The translations under genes were made by a program, and so were the position numbers. DNA of 63,095 bases, the filler included, from Diploschistes diacapsis (taxonomy: Eukaryota): assembly GCA_023645945.1 (NCBI GenBank). It is 10 parts of 10 records of this genome, joined end to end, with 100 filler letters (N's around TTAATTAATTAA, not from the genome) between each part and the next. Parts side by side here need not be neighbours in the genome. Positions count along the whole stretch, not along the records: positions 36,700 to 63,095 come from JALAIB010000181.1; 9 more parts are not named here. The stretch is one strand, 5' to 3'. Below, in pieces: positions 36,770 through 52,261 of this stretch. Below the pieces are notes generated by a model. The model made no database searches, was not told the DNA's origin, and saw nothing but the letters and a program-made list of their open reading frames with translations. Numbering within the stretch: position 1 is the stretch's first letter; every line of letters starts with the position of its first letter.

Positions 36770-37847
36770 TCACTCGGCGGCTTTCACTTCGTCGGCGTCC
36801 TCCTGCGTAGTGTCTCGCCAGCCAAAAACCTCTTTTTGCCGGAACTCGGCGTTGTCGTCGAAGTTGAGCTTGGCGTCCATGGCGAGCACTTGGTGGTCCG
36901 AGGTTTCGGAGAGTGGGTTGATTTCTATCTGCGTAGCGTCCTTTTCCTTAAATATTTTGTACAGCTTCTGAATGGTCTCCTTAGCGTCTTCGATGCATTG
37001 GTCCGAGAAGCCGAGCTCGGTGGCGATGTTGCGCGCCATGTCATCTGTGACGCCGTGGTTGATGTCCACCTTTGTTGTGATGATGGCATCGGGAGTCTCT
37101 TTTGCGACGGTCTCGATGTCCATGCCTCCCTGCGACGATGCGACGATGACGGGGCTCTGTGTCGTTCGGTCCATTAGGATGGCAAGGTAGAATTCTCTTC
37201 GGGCGAACTTGCGCTCGCAGATATAGACGGCGTTGCAGAGCCGACCTCGAGCTCCGGTCTGCTTGGTGACGAGCTTGTGGCCGATCATCTGGTCGGCGAA
37301 CATCTTGGCTTCTGTCGGTCTGGATGGCAGGCATGTCAGTGTTGCTCCTACTGTTACGGAGAAACCAAGCCGTACGAATATATCACCCTAACACCTCCCT
37401 TCAAGCCATTTTCGAATGTTCCCTTTCCCCGACCTCCGGCCAAGACCTGTGCCTTGATGACCATATCATCGCCGCCTAAGTCGCTTAGCCATTCCCTAAC
37501 AACACAAAATGACCTGTAATTGTGTACCAATTGTTTTTGCTACCTTTTCAGCTTCGGCGGCTGATCGCGCCACTGCTCCCTGTGGGACGCCGATGCCATA
37601 CTTGAGCCGAATTAGCTGGAACACGCTCGAGCCTCCTTGACGTTTGCACGTACTGATTTGAGTAGATCTGCGGATAGGTATTCGTGTATCGAAAGGAAAC
37701 GCTTCTGCTGCGATTGGCAAGTCCTCACTGGGCCTGTCTGCAAGACTCGATTAGCTGTCCGCTCGTCCAAGCGTACGTAGCCACCACTCGTACCTGGACT
37801 GCCTGGAAGGCAGCTGCCAAAGGCTTACTGCGCGCAAGCTTGAACAT
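36770..37847 (-). CDS. LSC2: Succinyl-CoA ligase beta subunit, mitochondrial; 3'-truncated by contig edge, multi-exon
   Basis: [14 protein letters not shown] presequence, [52 protein letters not shown]. Confidence 0.93.
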
Positions 37848-38420
37848 TCTGGAAGTCAATTGCGCGAGAATCACCTTTGATCAAGCATAAGCTGGGACGA
37901 GTTGGGGTGGAGTTGAGATGTCAACGGCGATGAAGTGTTAAGGTTGCTTGGTTATGAACTCTCTTTAGCATTGAGCCTACGTAAGCCGGTATATGGGATT
38001 TAGAATGAAACGGCACAACAGAAAACCTTCCTACCTTTGTACAGTTACCGAAGAATGGTAAAAGAGATTCGCTCAAATACTTCATACCTAGCTACCCTAG
38101 TCTGTCTCATTCAGCACCGTGAACAATGACGTCCAAAAGTATATGACAAGAATGTAGTTGAAGTGCCCCCGATTTGGTACCGGTGCGTCTATATCTATAC
38201 ATACATTCCCTAATTGTCTTTAGAAAGGGGGAGCTAAAAGCGACCAAAATTACAGCGGCATCATGGAGGCCAAAAGGATTAAGTTGGGGTGCAAATCGGT
38301 TTCCAGATCTTGTTTCGTCTCGTCTGATGGAACATGCATATCTATGAACTTTTGTCGCCGTGGGGATCCACATAAACGCCATGCTACCTCAAATACTCGT
38401 CTCCCTCATTTCAAACTTGT

Positions 38421-41362
38421 TCAATCTCCTTCAACTGTCTTCTTTCCCATCCGAGCCTCCAACTGATCAACGTGCTGCTGGATCTTGCCAAACTGCCATG
38501 GCCAATTGATCACATACAGGAACGGTCTGAGATCGTGGCGCTGTGGGGGCATCAGCAATGAGCCTGTGACTAGTAACTCTCCACCTGGCTTACGTTGTCA
38601 TCCGGATTATAGGCAGACAAATGCAGAGCAGGTGTAAGTACCTAAATGAGTCCGTCAGCACAATATACCCAGACTCGGAATAAGAGCCCGAGTCCGGAAC
38701 TGACGGTTGACTTGTGCCTGTTCATGGCGTAGAATTTGTAGAAGCGCATTGTTTTCTCAGCCGTTTCCCGTGGAGTGCACTTCTCCTTCCAATCACCTAG
38801 TAGGCGTAAGTAAGCACCCCAGGGCCCAAGCTTGTCGACCTTCCGCAGCAAACCGAACACCGAGAGTTCTTCGTAACTTCAAAGCAGTCAGTGATGCTCG
38901 ACCTTGGTCAAGTCCGTACCTAAGGCCCATCTCCTCCTCGTCAGATTGAATTCCCGCGCTGAGCGGCAACAGTTCGGCTGTCGGCACAGCGGAAATGAAT
39001 TCGTCCAGGATAGAAAGTTTCCATTCGTTCCGGGCCCATTGCGCAAATCTTCGAACGTCGGTTTTGGAAATGGACCCCTGTTTCACGGAGTATGTCAGTT
39101 ACCAACTTCTTGCAAGAGCCAGTTAATCCTAAGAAAGGCAGAACGGCAAATTCCCAAGCTAGCAGGCTCCTTGCAAAGGAATACGTATTTATTCTTGCAG
39201 AGTCGTTGCTTCTATATCCACCGAGTCTACCGGCCAGACGGGCCCTTGACGAGGTGGGAGGCTGCCTGGAGCCAATTCGCCGTACTAGTCTTTCTCGAAA
39301 CAGTCAAGGAGGGGAGGAAGGGCAAACATACGAGAGGGTTGATGTCGGCACTCGAACAATCATATTTCGTCAGGTATCTGCCGTTATTAGCAAAATGTGC
39401 TTTTTCATTCATGATGATCGCCCTCGCCACCACTATTTGGTCGTTCGGGGGCGATACCAGGAAGGGTAGAGGATACTCACCCTCGTAAGCACTCATCAAC
39501 ATTTGCAGAACTAAGCACCAAAAGTGCTGCTCCCTTGCGTGCTGTGTTGCGAGCTGTGGTGCTCAATTGCGCAAGGCTATACGCGAAGACCATTCTCGAG
39601 CGGGCTTGAATATTTTGCTTGGCAAGGTTTTCTTGGTTCGAGCCGCCGGCAACAGTATATTTTGGTACAAGTCCCAGTGTCTGTTGGATCATGGCTTCGT
39701 GCGCGTTGACAGCGTCGTCGCAATTGGTATCCGAGTGGAAAGCACCAATTTGGCTCGCAAGCCGGGCAGCGCGAGAGCGTGTTTCCTTGCCAGAATTAAC
39801 TGTACCCATATACACGGTATGAAAGATTCTTGCAACAAGGTCCTGCGGTCTTTGAGGGATGAAGTCCTTCTCGCCCGTGATTCTCCTGGCATCCGCCAAA
39901 ACTCGCTCATCGCCCTCCTCGATGCTTTGGACGACTAGTATTGCCATGCCGAAGACCATCAATGCGGTTGTGCATGAATCGGCACCCCCTGAAAGTGGCA
40001 GCAAGAATCCAGCCGAGTTCGTTATTGTGAGATACTGCCAGAGCCAAACACCTGTGGACTTCCAAATCTCGGCCATAGGGTCAAGCACCTGGATATCGAT
40101 CTCCTTGCTTATTGGCATGCCGCCACTCAAGAAGATCTCATCAACCGGCCGTGACAATCGAAGACCCGCTTCGATACGTGGGTACTCAGGCTGTGCCGCC
40201 GCCTGCAGGTTCCTCGAGATCGAGCTACGGTAGCTCCGGACTTCCTCAAGATCAACCGTCGCCGTGATGACCTCCACCCGCTTTAATGAAAACTGGCTAG
40301 ACTGGGCCAGGACCTTCCCGTTAAGGATAATCATAGAGCTACCATCAAACATCTGACGTGCCTCGCCATCTACGCCAGTCATGTTCGAATATATGTAGAT
40401 GCCTCCAAGCTTCCGCGTCGAGTTTGCGATTAAGTCTAGCCGCTGGCGAAGCTTGCGTAGTTGGGCGTGACTGGCACTGCTGTTGGAGATCACCTCGGCG
40501 CCGTTCAGGCCTTGGCCGATGCTGGGATTGTTTGGAACAAAAAGCTCCTCACAGGTCTCTGTTCCGATCGCGCTATCGACTGTTGAAACGATGCCATCTC
40601 CTATATCTACAACTTTTTGCCCTGTAACCCTCCCCATTATATCCTCAAGGTAGTAAGTTTCCTGTAAGGCGTCAACAATGCTCGAGCCTTTGACAATCCC
40701 CCCCCCCGACAGCCCTTCGGTCGTCTCCGGACTGTGTTGCAACATAGGCGACTCACCACCTGTCTCGGTTTCAACCATGGAGAAAAATGCCTAAGTATCA
40801 GCTGTCAGTATCCTATGCTCGACCCTTCTCGACATCCTGCGTGACAGCCGTTTCGGTTACCTAGCGGACGTGCCTACAATGAATGGGAAATCCTGACCTC
40901 ATTTCTCTATATAAACCATCATTCTTTAAGCAGTCAGCATTGCGTTCGATCTTGTTTGATTTCTACCTGACATCCGAAGCAGCTGCCAGGAGGTTACAGG
41001 AGGGTATATACCGCCAGGCACATTTTGGGCCGAATCAAGTATATCCATTTCCAGGTGAACAAAATCCTACAGTTGAATCTGATGTTTCGATGTCGGACTG
41101 GAGCCCCTACGTCCACGAGAACATCCTTGCAGACAGGATCAGCGATGATCTGTGCCATCATCTCCCACGAGTGAAGGAATGTGTCGGCCTCAAGATGATG
41201 GTCAAGAGCTCCATACCCTGGGATGCTAAGCTCGGGCGTAGTGATGACGGTTGCCCCTCTGGCTTTGGCGTCGCGGATGCCCTCGAGGATGGCGTCGCGG
41301 TTGGCGGTAAAGTCTAGGGGAAGAGTGTGCAGCGTCACGGCCGCAACAGTGAGAAGCGACAT
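38421..41362 (-). CDS. QNS1: Glutamine-dependent NAD+ synthetase, multi-exon
   Basis: Nitrilase-type PELSIPGY, RPKM, ETCEELF; synthetase LSGGADS, QNIQARSRM, NVDECLRG, YLTKYDCSSADINP, PTAEL, QSDEEEMG, NRHKST. Confidence 0.93.
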
Positions 41363-42427
41363 CTTAGTAGCGTGTAGTTCTGCTTGATGGTAATTTATCT
41401 AACAAAATGATAATGACGAGAAAAGAATACGGGTTGAAGATGTCTGAAAAAAGCTTGTTTTGTGAGCAGATGAAAACCTGGCTGAAACGACTTGATGCTC
41501 AGTGGTCGCACGGCTGATCTGGTTTCAAAAGAAGCTCTCCAAAGCTGCACTTTGCAGACAGCATGAGTCACTGAGACGGCACAAAGCCGATGAGGCCGTG
41601 GCAGCTACAGTGTTCTCTTGTATACATATGCCTCTAAAAAAACCATCCAAGATAGCAGAATGTAACAAGGATGCGCTGGTCGTCTGTGGTCAACAGGTCA
41701 ACAGACCAGTGGGGAATGCAAAACGATACTTAATACCAAAGTTTAACTTCACTTTTTCTCCGTGAGAAGTATCTCCATGTGATATCACGACGCCCGATAG
41801 TCTTGGACGAAAGGGTTGTACTGGTTGACGTATCTATGAAGGGAGGGAATTATCCTGTAGTACGCTAAACTTATCGAGAGGTGACCTAGGGCAACTGCTT
41901 GTGGTACGGATTTATGCAACCTTTCAGTGCAGGCAAGGAAGAGGAGATTCTTTACAGCGACAAATGATGCCTACCTTCCCATCTCAGTAAGAAAACCCTC
42001 TTCAACTTAATAATAATCACGCCTACGAACACATCGCTCTGCCTACCTAAACCTATCCAATGTCCAACTAATCCCCCCTTCCTTCCTCCGCTCCCTCACC
42101 AACACCCAACAGCTCCTCCCCCTTCTCACTTCCCGCCAATACACACTCGAACGAACATTACCTCTGTCTCCTTCCAAAATTCATCTCTTACCTCCGCAAC
42201 AGCCGCCGCGTAAAGTGCGACTGAGTTCTTCCCCCCGCTCTCCGTGCGCCAGTCTTTCAACGCAGTCGATGACGAGGAGACGTACAACAGGTTGGAGGCT
42301 GGTGTGAATGATGACATCGAGGAGCTTAGGGTCTATTGGAAGCCGAGATGGAGGAGGGGCAGGAGATGGGAGTGTGAGTGTGGACGGCAAGGGCGGCGCG
42401 GATAGCTGGTTTGAAGGGCTCGGAAAC

Positions 42428-43197
42428 ATGAGAGGGAAGGAGAGGGAGAAAGAGAGGGGAAAACCAGATGGGAACGAGAACATAGACGCAGACGCGATCG
42501 TCGCGCGCGCGGCGATCGCAGAGGCGCGGTTGAAGGGGGTGATTGAAGGGTGGGGATGGCTGCCGACGCGCACGACGGAGGAGGATGAGGAATCGGATAG
42601 GAGAGCGGATGGGGAAGAGGAAGAGGCGGTGTTCAAGGCCGAGCCGGAAGTGTATGATACATTCTAGGACCTTTTTTCCGGAGGACGATAGGTGGCTGAT
42701 CTGCTTTCAGACTAGGCCTTGGTGCGACGGCGCCGAGTGAGAGGGTGGATGGGATCATGGGTGGTCTACAGCATGTCAGTGCGAACGAGAAGCTGAGAAG
42801 GCTCCTACAGGGGAAGGGCGGGGGACAGAGGGTTGGAGCTGGGACTAGAACAGGGAGGGCTTCGAGGGGTCAGAAGGTGGGAGGCCAAGTGCCAGCGGTT
42901 AGCTCCAAGTACGAGGCTGCAACAGCGACGAAAAGGTCGGTCGAAGATGAGGAGGAAGAAGAGGTTGGAAGATCGGCGGTGGGAAAGTCGAAACGGAAAG
43001 GACCGGCAGCTGAGAGGCCGAGGCTCCTTGTAAAAGGTCGAAAGGTCGATCCGGAGGTTAAGCTGCAACCAGGTGCGAGGACGAAGGCCCTCCGGACGGT
43101 GAGCTATCTCGACGAGATGCTGGAGACGAATGCTCGAAAGAGAGAGAAGAAGAGAAGGAGAAAAGAGGGCAGAAACAATGGCTGGAGCATGACTTAG
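42428..43197 (+). CDS. DUF3245-like hypothetical protein, 2 exons (intron ~42651-42710); start uncertain
   Basis: WLP...acidic tract...FKAEPE|LGLGA, LRRLLQGK, EEEEEVGRSAVGKSKRK, SYLDEML, basic tail. Confidence 0.55.
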
Positions 43198-43495
43198 ACA
43201 TGCTATCTGCTGCGCCTGTAGGCACTATTTTTAATTGGAATAGTGCCTTCTCACGACAAGCAAGCGCATGCTAGAGGCTGAGTGTACTGAGATCTTCTGT
43301 GAAAGTATCTTTTCAATATATACACGGAAACCTCGCACCATTGAATTATCAAGTACATCTGCCGTAGCTATAAATCATCTGTTCAATATATATAGATGAG
43401 TGGGATTTTACTGCCCTCATGAGCCGACACGAGCTTTTCCAAACACCCGGTCATCTGCCACCAACGTGCATCATGAAGCCGGAATCCTTGATATA

Positions 43496-45529
43496 TTAGA
43501 CTCTCTTTCGCTTCCGGTCGTCATTACCGTCTTCATCTGCTCCATCGCCGCTTTCCGCCGGATTAAGGAGATTGTGAACGTTGCTCGCCATAGAACTCCT
43601 TCGGTTCTGTGGAGCGCTGTCCATGAGTCTACCACCCCATCTAGGCTCGTGGGGGGAGAAGCCGTTTTCTGTCGGTCCAATGCCGCTCGGTGGAACGTCG
43701 CCTCCCGAAGGCGGAGGCGAAGAAGCTTGTCTGGAAGGATTGTGGGATTCCCGCCTTGGCTGTCCGAGTGTGTAGGAGGCGAGGACATCCCGCACTTGCT
43801 GATCGCTTGGGCTGGGCGCCTGGATCCGCGGCGAAGGTGGCCAATTTACTGTTGAAGAGGTTGGGGGGCCACCATCGAACATCGAACCGGACATACCGGC
43901 CACCTGCGGCGCCCATCCAGCGGTGTCGCGGATGTCGGCCGATGTGTGTCTCCTTCCCACATTGATGCCAGGTTCGGAGACTGAGGCTAGGGGATGTTGC
44001 ATGGGAGGCTGTAGTGGGGCAGCATTTGGTATGGGTCTATACGATGGTGAATGGTTGTTGCTGCCAATCGAGCCGAAACGTCGAGGGGAGATGGAAAGAT
44101 GGGGCGGTGCGGGGGGTCTGAAGGGACTTGGCTTGTGTGACATCGCTTGAAAAGAGGTTCGCCTTTCGTCTTGGGCTACTTGTCGCGGAGATAGTTGCAC
44201 GCTATCTATTGGTAGGTTGGAGGAGTAGGGCTGCCGGCTCGATAGAGGACCTTCATGATGCTCTTCTGGTCTTTGGGCTGTGTCGAGAATCCGAGCAACA
44301 TCCCTCTGAAGGTTGGAAACTTTTTCACATTAGATTGCTTCAAAAGGAAATGATCGGGTCTTTACTCACGATCTCTATAGACTTGCCCCTCGCGGTCCGG
44401 AACCATCTTCATGACTATTTGTGTCATTTCGTTGTTCCACTATTCGAATAAGCAGGGGTTAAAGGCAGAGGGAAAGGAGATTGGGCGTACCTGCTGACAT
44501 CTTGCCAGGCCCTCGCTTAGCACCGCACACTTCGTACTCAACGCGGTATTGCTCTCTTCTGTACGCAGCAGACGCGCATGTAGCTCGTATAAACTGTGCT
44601 CAATGTTCACAAGCCTAGGATCACCCTGATCGGCTGCTGGTTCTGCAGGGGTACCCGGTTGAGAGACGCTGGCCTTGTGCGGCGGGGTGGGGGGTTCGCG
44701 ATGGATCAGTGCGTGTCTCGAGGCTCGCCGTTTGATCTCTCTTAAGCCTGTCAAATCACCTTTCTTGAAGTTGCCATTTCCATGCTTGAATTCCCATAGC
44801 GCAGGGTCCGGTTGACCGGTATGGAAGACGTCGCTGACTTCTAGCTTGTAAGGATTGGATATTCAACGTTCGGGACGAGGCAAGACCGTACCTTTATGAA
44901 ACCCATACATGTTGAGTTGCCGAACGAATGAGGAGATGTTTGTGTGTTTGAAGTATTGCCTGTTACACTCAGCCTTGTTCCCGACCCGTTGTCTGGACAA
45001 ACGCACGCAAGCACTTTCGAGAATTCAGGAGACGGCGATACGACAAAGCTCTCATTCGAAGCCGACCATGAGATTAGGTGACTGATCGTCTGATCTTCCA
45101 ACATACTGCACACCGTATCAGCCCGGGACTTCACAGTCTCCTTCGGACTACTCACTTGTATAGCTTGTGAATAAAAGCGGTTTGGACGACCTTGGGCTGC
45201 TGGCTGGAGGCAGCTGCCGCAGCGCTCAATGTTGTTCCGTTTGCTCCTGTAGAGGACACGCTGTTCATGCCGTTCTCTCCGTGACTACCATTCGCGCCCT
45301 GGCTGTTGTGGTTGGCCCTGCTCCTTTGCCCACCCCCCTCAGCTTCGGGACTGCTCGTAGTCGGTGCGATCATGGATGCCGAAGCCGGAGGTGTAATGTC
45401 CATGATGTCTGCTTGGGAGAAGTTGGTAGATGTTGTTGACGAGGGTAGGATTGGTATGTGGCGAGCACGGCCGAAGTTGGATTCCATACCAAATGGGTTT
45501 CGCAAGATAGGCTCTGCCGTCTGATTCAT
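43496..45529 (-). CDS. SFL1: HSF-type DNA-binding transcription factor (Sfl1-like), multi-exon; start may lie further upstream
   Basis: [13 protein letters not shown]...[49 protein letters not shown]-terminal NVHNLLNP and RKRKR. Confidence 0.85.
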
Positions 45530-46719
45530 GGCGGAAGGTTCAGCGGTCACCAATCGCAAGCGGTGGTCTGTGTAGGTATTGCAGGCGCATCTAACGATAG
45601 TTTCTCCGGGCTTTAGTAATAAATTCTTTGTGAATTTATCCGTCTTTGCCCGTCCTCGCCTGGCCTTAGAGGCACCGCAGCTCTTGTAAAGAAAGGTTGG
45701 GGTAGCTTGCCAATGAGCTTGTCTAATTGTTTTGCGAACCAAAGAGCTTGTTTTGGAAGTCAAGGGCAGCTCTTCAAGCTTTCGTGAATAAGGACCAATA
45801 GACTTGCAGCTCCACTGCCCGAACGCCAGTATCCGATGACAAAGGTGCCTGCCGGCCCAGTCAACGTCAAACCAGACTTCGGGAGACTTTCAATGGTCTC
45901 GGCTGTCTGGATATCTGCAGGTTGCCGTGACCGCGTACACAAACTTGGGAGGAGTGCGCTCTTCAATGGATGGTATTAGGGCTGTGAAGGGGAGACGATT
46001 GCTGATTCGAAAGGTTGTTCGATGATTCCTTCTCCTTTGCGAAGAGCATGTCCTGGGCTGTGGGACGCGATAGCCGCAGCTTACACAGCAAAGACTCTAC
46101 AACGATTCTGTTAACAGGCAGGGAGAGGTAAATGATGCGCCGATATGTCGGCAATGTAATAATAGCATGCCGCAGCTCAGGGAAGGGCGGATGGGAATGG
46201 GAGAGTTCTGGATCGTCTGTACGGAGTAGGTGTGTAGTGGCTTGCTAAGTAAGGACTTTCAGCAGGCGCAGCAGCTGTAAGAAAAGTTGCTGATCGGTTG
46301 GGATTGGCGCAAAGCTTAGCCGGCGTTTGAGGAAATCGATCAGAAGGAAACTATGATGGCGATTGACTTGGCTGGGTACACAGGAGGGAGGTCTGTAGAG
46401 GCAACAAGATAACTTGGATACATGTAGTCTACCCTAAGTAGGTAGGTAGGTAAGTCAATAGTTAATGGAAGATTGGAGGCACAAAAGGTAAAGTTTTGAG
46501 CAAGGCTCCGTGCCCAGGATTGATCGACAGTACAGCAACTGTTAGACCATGACCATGACCATGCCCATGCCCATGCTTCTTTTTCTTGCTGTTCTGGACA
46601 CGGGGGGTGCACGGCGCAAGGCACAATCCCATCTCTCCGATCTTCGTACGTACGTACGCACTTAACTCTAATCTCGGCACCCTACAGACATTGACTTGTC
46701 AACTTGAAAGGCTCCGGTC

Positions 46720-46720
46720 T

Positions 46721-46757
<37 letters not shown>
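46720..46757. repeat. (TCGTGC)n hexanucleotide microsatellite
   Basis: Six tandem TCGTGC units. Confidence 0.9.
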
Positions 46758-46758
<1 letters not shown>

Positions 46759-48157
46759 TATACTTTGATCGGAACAGCTGTACAGCTGCAGAGTCGCTTG
46801 TCGCCAGCGTAAGTAGGTAATTGCAGAACACCACGCACGCACTTCTCGTGATTATATATTTTTTATATTTTCCATATTTTCTATATTTTCTATAACTCTA
46901 CGCTGCTGGGCCCTGTATGAGCGTTTCGAACTACGAGCGGAATGGACACAAGAAAAGGGGTGTCAAGTGGTTGGGTACTATACTACCGTACAGAGGCAAT
47001 GGGTTGCTCCTACGCCGCAGATACCAACACAACGTCTGTTTTGAAACCCACCACATGTCCCATGTCCCAGGTGCTTTTGTCGATCTGGTTCCTGCACAGC
47101 GCACGAGAGAACAAGAACACAAGAACATGGCTTTATACAAGCTGTACTCTATCGACTGTCCAACCGTTAGCTCACCCCACTTTATTCAGCTCATTAATCC
47201 CTGCTTTTTGCCTATCTACCTACAAGAAGGATATGGACCGAGCTAACAGTTGGACGCCAAGAGAGGATGTACTTTGTACGTTCTCTCAGCATCGCTTTTT
47301 CTCTGCTCCCTCCTTCATCCTTTATCCTTCGTCCTTCATCGGCCCCTGCAGTGGCTCGATAGCCCTGGCCTCTGTCTAGACTCTAGAGCACTCCGACCTA
47401 CATGCTTGTGGATTATGGTGCAGCATCCCGTACTATTGACTCTCCAATAGGAGCAGGAACAAACCACCGCTCGCCTCAGCTTTGGTACTGCTGAACGGCA
47501 AGCGGTGCGCGAGATGAAAAGTCTTGTAAGCGTCATTGCAACCCAGCTGACAGATGGCACAGATTGGCGAGTTGGTCTGATCCGCAGCCTTGGAGATATA
47601 ATCGTATGTCCAGCGCATTTCTGTTCATAGTTCTGAGCTGCAGGAAGTGGTTTTCAAGGTTTGCGACCAGCTTACTGCTCCTCATCTGTTGGTAGGCTGG
47701 GGGCCAACCTAGCTGATAGACCTTCGGAGCACCCCTCCCTGCCTTCTTCACCTTCTCAACACCCAAGTTACATGGGTGCTGCATTACGTGAAGCTTTAAC
47801 AAAAGAGAACATGTTTACTCCCCCGAGAGTCGTGGTGTTTGAGCCCCTCTCATGTCCGAGAGAAGACCGCATTCAACATCGAGGTCTCTGCGTCTATTAA
47901 AATGTCACATTCAAAGGTCTTTTCTGTTTCACAGTCATTGTTCTAATATCTATAAATACAAGAAAGTCTTGGATATGGAATCAACTAAAACTAAGCAGTC
48001 TAATGATCAGTAGCCATGAGTACCAACGGTGACCCTGTAATGAATGACACGCTCCATTTGATCGGGTTCCCAAAACGCCTTGCACCGCTTCATGCCCATT
48101 CTCATATAATCAACAGCATCCGTAAAAGATCAGCACCTACTGTCCAGACACTGGTCA

Positions 48158-48445
48158 CCTGGATGAGCACGCGACCGAGGCGTTGCCGCCCGAGATATGG
48201 GTGACACGGTTTTGACACTCTCCGGCAGCGGTAGCTCCGCCGCCATTGCCGGACGGAGTAGGCGCTGGATCTCCGCCTGCACCTGCTTCAGTGCCAACCC
48301 CACCTCCTGCCGGCGATAAGATCCTTAGCCGCAAGCATGGCTATGCTATCGCGTTTGACGGTGTAGCTGACGCCAGACTTGGGCACGGCTGAAAGCGCTT
48401 GAGGAGAGGGCGAAGGAGATGATGGTGAAGAGCTTGAACTGCTGT
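48158..48445 (-). pseudogene. Probable pseudogene of a small secreted protein
   Basis: QFKLFTIISFALSSSAF / AVPKSGVSYTVKRDSIAMLAAKDLIA / RQEGGVGTEAGAGGDPAPTPSGNGGG read across two frameshifts; no ATG at the expected position. Confidence 0.4.
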
Positions 48446-49775
48446 CTTGAACGAGTTGTATTTTCGTGGAGATTCAAAATGGGAACTATTGAGATTGGAT
48501 CGTTGTCCCTAATGAAAGGTACGAGCTGAAGGGATGCGATTGATAGGAACGACATGCTTTGTGTTGTGAATCATGGCTTCAGTGGAGAATCTACCTACCT
48601 CTATATCTTTTTCTTTAAACACGGCGCTCTTGCTCAAATCCAAAACAACTCGTCTTTTTCAATTTGGTCTCTTATCTGACTTGTTAGACGGGTTTTCAGA
48701 CTCCTACCCAAACTCGCCAGTCACACAAGACCAGTCTCATGAGGGCACCATACCAAATCGAGTCGGGCTTCCATAAATCTTCTTCCACTTGCGCATTCGA
48801 ACACACACTGCTTTAAGGATACCCAGACACCCATATGAATTTGCCAATGGTGCGGCTGTTATCCAACCGTTCGTATTGTACGTGGCTGATGCCAAAACAC
48901 TCAGAGACATCTTTGACATACACCATTGCTCAAACATAGTAGGGTGATCGTGATGACGCCGAGGGGATAGGTACTTAGTGTTCAGAGTAGAAAAGGCCTA
49001 GGGGATATCTCCGAACAACTAGGTCAAGTAGAAATCGTCATTTTGGCTAACACGTAACGAACAAGACAGGACTCGAGAAATTCTTGTTAACTACTACCTT
49101 GACAGACTGTCAGTCTCTTTGAATCCTCTCGAGGTGAGCTATCTCTCGCAGTCTACAGCAGTCCGGGTTGAAATTTTAGACCCCTATTACCCTGATTAGC
49201 CGTATACAGAAAGCTGCTAGCAAGCAACTGCTGAAGAGTGAATTTTTTGGAATTCTTGTGGTTAGCAGGCCCCAGGACACTTTCTCAACATACATGAATC
49301 GTTTCTGACACCAAGTCCCTCTTGCTTGGTCTTGCGCCGCTCTGCTGTGCGCCGTGATGCAGCTTCTAAAGAGCGTTATTTGTCAAAATCAAGAAGCGCC
49401 CCAATGGTCTGTGGAGAGAGACGCCTCGACCAAGCGCATAGACCAGACGATCAAGATTTCATTCACTATCTGAAAGGGCAAGATGTTTTGCATCGCGTCG
49501 AATCATCACAAAACAAAACTTGATTCAGAACTTTTGATTTGTCTCATTCTTCGAGGCCAAGTAATTCAAACGCTGAAGGAATAGTCGATTCGGTTCTCGT
49601 TTCCCAGATAAGGACCGGAAAAAGATATTTCCAGAGATGATCCGAGGAGCTGAGTTAGGAGTACCCTCTGAGCTATACAGAAAACTCACGCATCGGACCT
49701 TTCCCTCCATACTAACAATCAGACGAGACATTGACACGCCCTAAAGCCCAAAGCCCAATCTATCACTCCTTTGAC

Positions 49776-50665
49776 ATGGCGACCCAAGTTGTAACTAAAC
49801 CCAAGCCTCCATTGCGCGAAATCAAGCCCATCACGCAACAAGTTCTCACCCTCTCCTCCCCAACCGCGCAAACCTTTCAGCACATCCACCCCGTCCTTCT
49901 AAGCACCTATTTCTACTTGCGCTTCCCCAGTCTCGTCACAGACTCGGTTTCAGCCCTGACTACCGACCTTTTCGCCATCGCAGCCATACAATGTGCCTAC
50001 GCAACCCTCTGCCTGCCCGTCAGCAAGCGCATCAGCCCACCAGACCCGCAATCCACGCCCTCCTCGTCCTCGTCAACAGTTCCATCCAGATCCTCTAAAC
50101 CCTCAAAAGCCAGAGGCCCAAAGGCCTCCGCAAGCTCCAACGACACAAGTCCTGCAATACGTATCACCGTATGCCTCCCTCTCTTGTCTCCCCCTTAGCA
50201 TATACTCTAAAGGCTGACACTTCTCCTTCTTTTTCCCAACGACAGAATGCATTACTATCCCTGCTCCTCACTGCCTTGGCTTCGGCGCCAACATACCTCC
50301 TCCTCGTCCTCTTCGGGGCCCCCATAACCACGCATCACCCGCACACCTTCCTCACGGCCGCGCACTTCGCGCTGTTGGCCTTTTTTCCCCTCTTCTACGC
50401 TCACGGCGTCAACAAGCGTGCTTGGTGGGAGATTGGCGGTGCCATGCTGCCCTTTGACGGGGTGTGGGGTGCGAGCGTGGGGACTGCGTTGGGGGCGTGG
50501 CTTGGTGCGGTGCCTATACCGTTGGATTGGGATCGGGACTGGCAGAAGTGGCCGATTACGATCGTGGCGGGGATGTATGGAGGCGCGATTGTAGGGAGTC
50601 TAGCGGGGAGGTGGTTGCTGAGGGGAAAGAGAATGGAGTTCAGTCCGCCGCCAAAGGACGAATGA
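49776..50665 (+). CDS. GPI11: GPI biosynthesis protein PIG-F/Gpi11, 2 exons
   Basis: LVLFGAP, LGAWLGAVPIPLDWDRDWQKWP signature; intron ~50169-50245. Confidence 0.92.
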
Positions 50666-50827
50666 TCGGAGTGCTGAGGACAGAAGAGCCATGGGCGATT
50701 TCACGGCGTTGGTGAAAGGGACGACTACGAATATCCAAAGGTCGCTTGACAATTCTGCCTCAAAACTAAACTACAATTTGCGCTCCTCATCGTACAGCTA
50801 TCACGACGGCCGGCCCCTCCCTCCAGC

Positions 50828-52261
<1,434 letters not shown>

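Noticed and set aside
42126..42317. Small minus-strand ORF head-to-head with the DUF3245-like gene
   Set aside because: No recognisable motif and no confident splice model
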